A program made the translations under genes and the position numbers. Source: Planctomycetota bacterium (GTDB taxonomy: Bacteria; Planctomycetota; UBA1135; UBA2386). From it: 64,000 nt of DNA. Of this stretch, positions 60,433 to 64,000 are shown in pieces. The notes under the pieces are model-generated. The model worked only from the letters and a program-made list of their open reading frames with translations. It was not told the origin of the DNA and ran no database searches. The stretch lies in assembly GCA_046290465.1 (NCBI GenBank), contig JBKAGP010000001.1, positions 3,632,270-3,696,269 of the forward strand, in the 5' to 3' direction. How positions within the stretch are numbered: the stretch's first letter is position 1; each line of letters starts with the position of its first letter.

Positions 60433-61469
60433 CGCGACACCTCTTGCGACTGCGGCGGATGGCCGCAACGCACGCGGCGCTCGATCTCGCCCGCGATCAT
60501 CGGCAGCGGCAGCACGCGAGCCGCAAGGCCGCCGCGCACCACCGCACCCGGCATGCCCCAGACGACCGACGTCTCCTCGTCCTGCGCGATGACCTGGGCG
60601 CCGGCGGCGACCAGGCTCTGCGAACCACAGAAGCCGTCCTGCCCCATGCCGGTCAGCACGACGCCGAGCGCGCCGTCGCCGTAGCACGCCGCCGCTGAAC
60701 GGAACAGCACGTCCACGGCCGGTCGGCACGAGTTCTCCTCGGGGCCGTCCGACAGCTCGATGACGACCTCGGTGCCGCGCCGTTCGATCGACATGTGGCG
60801 ATCCCCCGGCGCGATCCACACGTCGCCGGCAGCGACCACGTCACCGTGCTGCGCCTCGCGCACGCGCAGCGCCGAACGGCGGTCGAGGCGTTCGGCGAAC
60901 TGACGCGTGAACACCGGCGGCATGTGCTGCACGACCAGGATCGGCGCCGCCAGGTCGCCTCGGAACCGCGGCAGCAGGTCGGCCATGGCGTTCGGCCCGC
61001 CGGTCGACACCCCGACGACCACCGCCTCGACCGTCTGCGAGCCGCGGCGGGGACGCGCGCGTGCCTCGCGACGCTCCCTGCCGCTGCCCAACTCGCGCAC
61101 CTTGCGCGCCAGCAGCGCCATGGTCTCGGCCACGTCGCCGCCGTCGGCAGGCTTCGCGAGCACGTCGGTCGCGCCGCGCGCCAGCGCGTCGAGCGTGATC
61201 TCGGCGCCGCGCTCGGTCAGCCCACTGAACATGATCACCGGCAGGCCGGGCTTGCGGATGCACAGCTCGTCCAGCACTTCCAGACCGTCGATCCCGGGCA
61301 TGTCGACGTCCAGTACGACGACGTCCGGCGACTCCTTGATGGTCCGCTCGATCGCCACCGCGCCGCTACTCGCAGGGCGCAGGACCTCGAGGTCCATCTC
61401 ACGGGACAGGGCCCGGCTCACGGCGCTTCGCGTCGCGAGCGAGTCATCGACGATCAGGACCCGGATCAC
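60429..61469 (-). CDS. cheB: chemotaxis response regulator protein-glutamate methylesterase CheB
   Basis: Receiver domain ([10 protein letters not shown]56 context [12 protein letters not shown]) plus methylesterase domain ([20 protein letters not shown]). Confidence 0.9.
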   Translation of the reverse strand: MIRVLIVDDSLATRSAVSRALSREMDLEVLRPASSGAVAIERTIKESPDVVVLDVDMPGIDGLEVLDELCIRKPGLPVIMFSGLTERGAEITLDALARGATDVLAKPADGGDVAETMALLARKVRELGSGRERREARARPRRGSQTVEAVVVGVSTGGPNAMADLLPRFRGDLAAPILVVQHMPPVFTRQFAERLDRRSALRVREAQHGDVVAAGDVWIAPGDRHMSIERRGTEVVIELSDGPEENSCRPAVDVLFRSAAACYGDGALGVVLTGMGQDGFCGSQSLVAAGAQVIAQDEETSVVWGMPGAVVRGGLAARVLPLPMIAGEIERRVRCGHPPQSQEVSR

Positions 61470-63055
61470 GCCCCCGCTCCGTTGCGCTTCTTGGCCTCGG
61501 CGACGAGTTCCTGCAGCCCGGTCGACAGCCCGGCCAGATCGGTGGCCGCGTTCATCGTGCCGGATGCCCCGGTGGCAGCGTCCTTCGCCGCCTGGGCGAC
61601 ACCGGTCACCGCCGACGCGATCTCCGAACTGCCCTTCGCCGCCTCGGCGACACTGCGGCTGATCTCGTTGGTCGTCGCGGTCTGCTCCTCGACGGCGCTG
61701 GCGATCGTCGCCTGGATGTCGTTGATGCGGCTGATCACGCCGCTGATCTCCGCGATCGCCGAGACCGCACCCTCGGTGTCGCCCTGGATCGCCTCGATCT
61801 TCTGTCCGATGTCCTCGGTGGCGCGCGCCGTCTCCTTGGCGAGTTCCTTGACCTCGTTGGCGACCACCGCGAAGCCCTTGCCGGCCTCGCCAGCGCGCGC
61901 GGCCTCGATCGTCGCGTTGAGCGCGAGCAGGTTGGTCTGCTGCGCGATCGACGTGATCACCTTGATCACCTTGCCGATCTCGCCGCTGCTGACGCCGAGC
62001 TTGTCGATCGTGGTGGTCGTCGAACTGGCAACGTCGACGGCGCTGGTCGCGACCTGCGCGGCCTCGTCCGCACTCTTGGCGATCTCGCTGATGCTCGCGT
62101 CGAGTTCCTCGATGCCGGTCGCCACGGTCTGCACGTTGGAGCTGACCTCCTCGGCCGCGCTCGAGACCGTGTCGGCCTGCGACGCCGTCTCCTCAGCCGC
62201 ACTCGAGACCTGCGTGCTGGTGGCGGCGAGCCGCTCCGCCGATTCGGTCAGCGAGGTCGCGGTCTCCTCGACGCGCCTCTCGGTCCGCAGCCGCTCGGTG
62301 ATCACCGACCACGTGATCATCGCACCGAGGTGATTGCCGTGCTCGTCGTAGACGGGAGTGGCCAACAGATCGAGCGTTTCGGAGCCGAACTGCAGTTCCC
62401 AGTTCATGGGCAACTTGTCGGGATCCGCGATGATGCCACGCTCTTGGGACGGATTCAGAAGGAACGCGTCGACACTCGAACCGACGACTCGATCGGCCTG
62501 CATCGGCAATTGCGACTGCAACTGGCCGAGGGTCTTCGACGACGCAGTGTTCATGTATTGAACGATGAGCTCGCGGTCGACGAACAGCGTGTTGATCGGC
62601 GTGTCTTCGATCATCGAGGCGTAGCGCACGTTGAGCGCGCGCGCCTCGACCATCTCGGTCACGTCCGCAGCGAACTTCACCACCTTGTACGGACGGCCGT
62701 CCTGATCACGAATGGCGTTGTAGCTACCCTGGACCCAGACCGGCTTCCCGGCCTTGCTGACCCTCTCGAACTCGCCGGTGAAGCTCTCCCCACTCCCGAG
62801 CCGCTTCCAGTGGCTGGCGTACTCGGCGCCGTCCCGCACGTGCTGCGGCACGAACAGGCTGTGGTGCTTCCCGACCACTTCGTTGACGGAGTAGCCAAAG
62901 GCAGACAGAAAATTCTCGTTGGCGGCCCTGATCGTGCCGTCGAGTTCGAACTCGATTACGGCTTGACTGGCACTGAGAGCAGCCAGCTGGCCGCGCAGGT
63001 CCTGGAGTTCGGTTTCGATTTCGTCTTGGACGAGCACGGGTGATTCAGCGGTCAT
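61466..63055 (-). CDS. soluble methyl-accepting chemotaxis protein with two N-terminal PAS domains
   Basis: No TM segment. Two PAS-like blocks, then MCP signalling domain (..[31 protein letters not shown]..). Start at MTAESPVL.. overlaps the cheW stop. Confidence 0.85.
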   Translation of the reverse strand: MTAESPVLVQDEIETELQDLRGQLAALSASQAVIEFELDGTIRAANENFLSAFGYSVNEVVGKHHSLFVPQHVRDGAEYASHWKRLGSGESFTGEFERVSKAGKPVWVQGSYNAIRDQDGRPYKVVKFAADVTEMVEARALNVRYASMIEDTPINTLFVDRELIVQYMNTASSKTLGQLQSQLPMQADRVVGSSVDAFLLNPSQERGIIADPDKLPMNWELQFGSETLDLLATPVYDEHGNHLGAMITWSVITERLRTERRVEETATSLTESAERLAATSTQVSSAAEETASQADTVSSAAEEVSSNVQTVATGIEELDASISEIAKSADEAAQVATSAVDVASSTTTTIDKLGVSSGEIGKVIKVITSIAQQTNLLALNATIEAARAGEAGKGFAVVANEVKELAKETARATEDIGQKIEAIQGDTEGAVSAIAEISGVISRINDIQATIASAVEEQTATTNEISRSVAEAAKGSSEIASAVTGVAQAAKDAATGASGTMNAATDLAGLSTGLQELVAEAKKRNGAGA

Positions 63056-63549
63056 TGCGGGTTCCTCTTCGCTAGCGTTGTGGTGTGGGGGATGCCCCCC
63101 TGGGCCGGCGCAGCACATGCCGCGTCGAAATCGAGCACCTGCTCAACATCGAGCAGGAGCAGTAGGTCGTCTGCGAGCTGGTGGATGCCTCGAACGAGGT
63201 CACGCGTCGGCCCAGCCAACGTCGGCGGCGGCTCCTCGATCTGATCAGCGTCGATCTCGAGGACATCTCCGATCTCATCCACGAGCAGGCTCGTGATGCC
63301 GCCGTCGACTCGGACGACGACGTTCATGGCTTCGCTCGCCCCCGTGGCAGCCGCATCGCCGAAGCGAACGCGCAGATCGATCGCAGTGACGATCTGTCCG
63401 CGCAGATTGATCAGGCCGGCCACCGCCGCGGAAGCATGCGGCACGCGGGTCATCTCTTGCCAGCGCAGGACTTCCTGGACGCGCTCGACCTCGACGCCGA
63501 GCAGCTGCGACCCGAGGCGGAACGTGCAGAGTTGGACAACGTGACTCAT
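63052..63549 (-). CDS. cheW: chemotaxis coupling protein CheW
   Basis: 165 aa with the CheW-domain pattern ..[41 protein letters not shown]. Confidence 0.85.
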   Translation of the reverse strand: MSHVVQLCTFRLGSQLLGVEVERVQEVLRWQEMTRVPHASAAVAGLINLRGQIVTAIDLRVRFGDAAATGASEAMNVVVRVDGGITSLLVDEIGDVLEIDADQIEEPPPTLAGPTRDLVRGIHQLADDLLLLLDVEQVLDFDAACAAPAQGGIPHTTTLAKRNPQ

Positions 63550-64000
63550 CGCACCACCTCCTCAACCGCTACGGAAGGGACCGAAGCAACCTCCGACGAA
63601 TGCTGCAGCGCGACCAAGTGATCCACGTCCAGGAGATCGGTAACGCGACCCTGCAGGGTCGCAGCGCCACGTAGCCACGGCGCCCCTGCGGAACGCCCGA
63701 CTTCGACGTCTTCCTCGACGATGTCGAGGATCTCGTCGACAGCGAGGCCAGCGCTGCGCCCGTCATGGTCGCGGACGACCACCAGCGGCAACTGCCGAGC
63801 CGGGTCCGCTGGAGCCCCATCATCGAAGAGGCGCGACACCCTCACGATCGGCATGATCTCTCCTCGGTACTGAAGCACCTCGCTACCGCCCGCACGCTCG
63901 ACCTCGTCTGCACCGAGTTCCTCGAGACGTGCGACCGACGACAATTCGAGCGCGACACGCCTGCCGGCTACGCCCAGCAACAGCCAAGAGGACTTGGCGC
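63546..64000 (-). CDS. cheA: chemotaxis histidine kinase CheA, C-terminal (P5/CheW-like) part; gene continues beyond the window end
   Basis: ..LQYRGEIMPIVRVSRLF..LPLVVV.. ..GAATLQGRVTDLLDVDHLVAL matches the CheA P5 domain ending (GATILGDGRVALILDV). The track's M at 63980 is internal. Confidence 0.7.
   Translation of the reverse strand, partial: AKSSWLLLGVAGRRVALELSSVARLEELGADEVERAGGSEVLQYRGEIMPIVRVSRLFDDGAPADPARQLPLVVVRDHDGRSAGLAVDEILDIVEEDVEVGRSAGAPWLRGAATLQGRVTDLLDVDHLVALQHSSEVASVPSVAVEEVVR

Overview
64-kb window of a high-GC (~70%) bacterial chromosome. The gene content resembles Planctomycetota-type genomes: a large paralog family of secreted PQQ-like beta-propeller proteins with 'W-P-x-W-R-G-P' N-termini, and a GT4 glycosyltransferase with a PGTGHFFCGSC N-terminus. 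This placement is inference only.

Gene content in order:
- A probable carboxylate import/reduction operon: DUF3311, SSS symporter, LuxE-like adenylating enzyme, LuxC-like acyl-CoA reductase and Fe-alcohol dehydrogenase, joined by start/stop overlaps.
- A PpiC-rotamase/beta-propeller fusion, a GT4 glycosyltransferase, and an ABC ATPase with a giant FtsX permease.
- An array of at least 11 PQQ-like beta-propeller paralogs on both strands. Four copies of a dispersed ~80-bp palindromic element lie between them; copy A is a perfect 36/36 inverted repeat, copy B is 34/36, C is truncated and D is a half-element. The two fully sampled copies show compensatory stem changes.
- A promoter- and terminator-bounded small transcript, a tRNA-like element with an unpaired acceptor stem, and an SPFH protein.
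- A YeeE/YedE transporter, a PhyH dioxygenase, and a hipBA toxin-antitoxin module preceded by four palindromic operators spaced exactly 61 bp apart.
- A TlpA-like thioredoxin-fold gene whose catalytic CxxC is encoded W-TGA-G-P-C, with a SECIS-like hairpin downstream. It is called here a candidate selenoprotein.
- A ~3-kb low-GC island abutting the 3' end of tRNA-Val(TAC), encoding a 673-aa GNAT-fusion protein and an ASCH protein.
- An ECF sigma factor and partner, PlsC, XdhC, SprT, a HAD hydrolase, a kynureninase/kynurenine-formamidase/RidA operon, and a secreted-protein gene broken by a frameshift at a C8 homopolymer.
- A cheA-cheW-mcp-cheB-cheR operon in which every gene junction overlaps.

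Coordinates of non-coding features were hand-indexed and may be off by 1-2 nt. Functional calls rest on motif recognition, not database searches.
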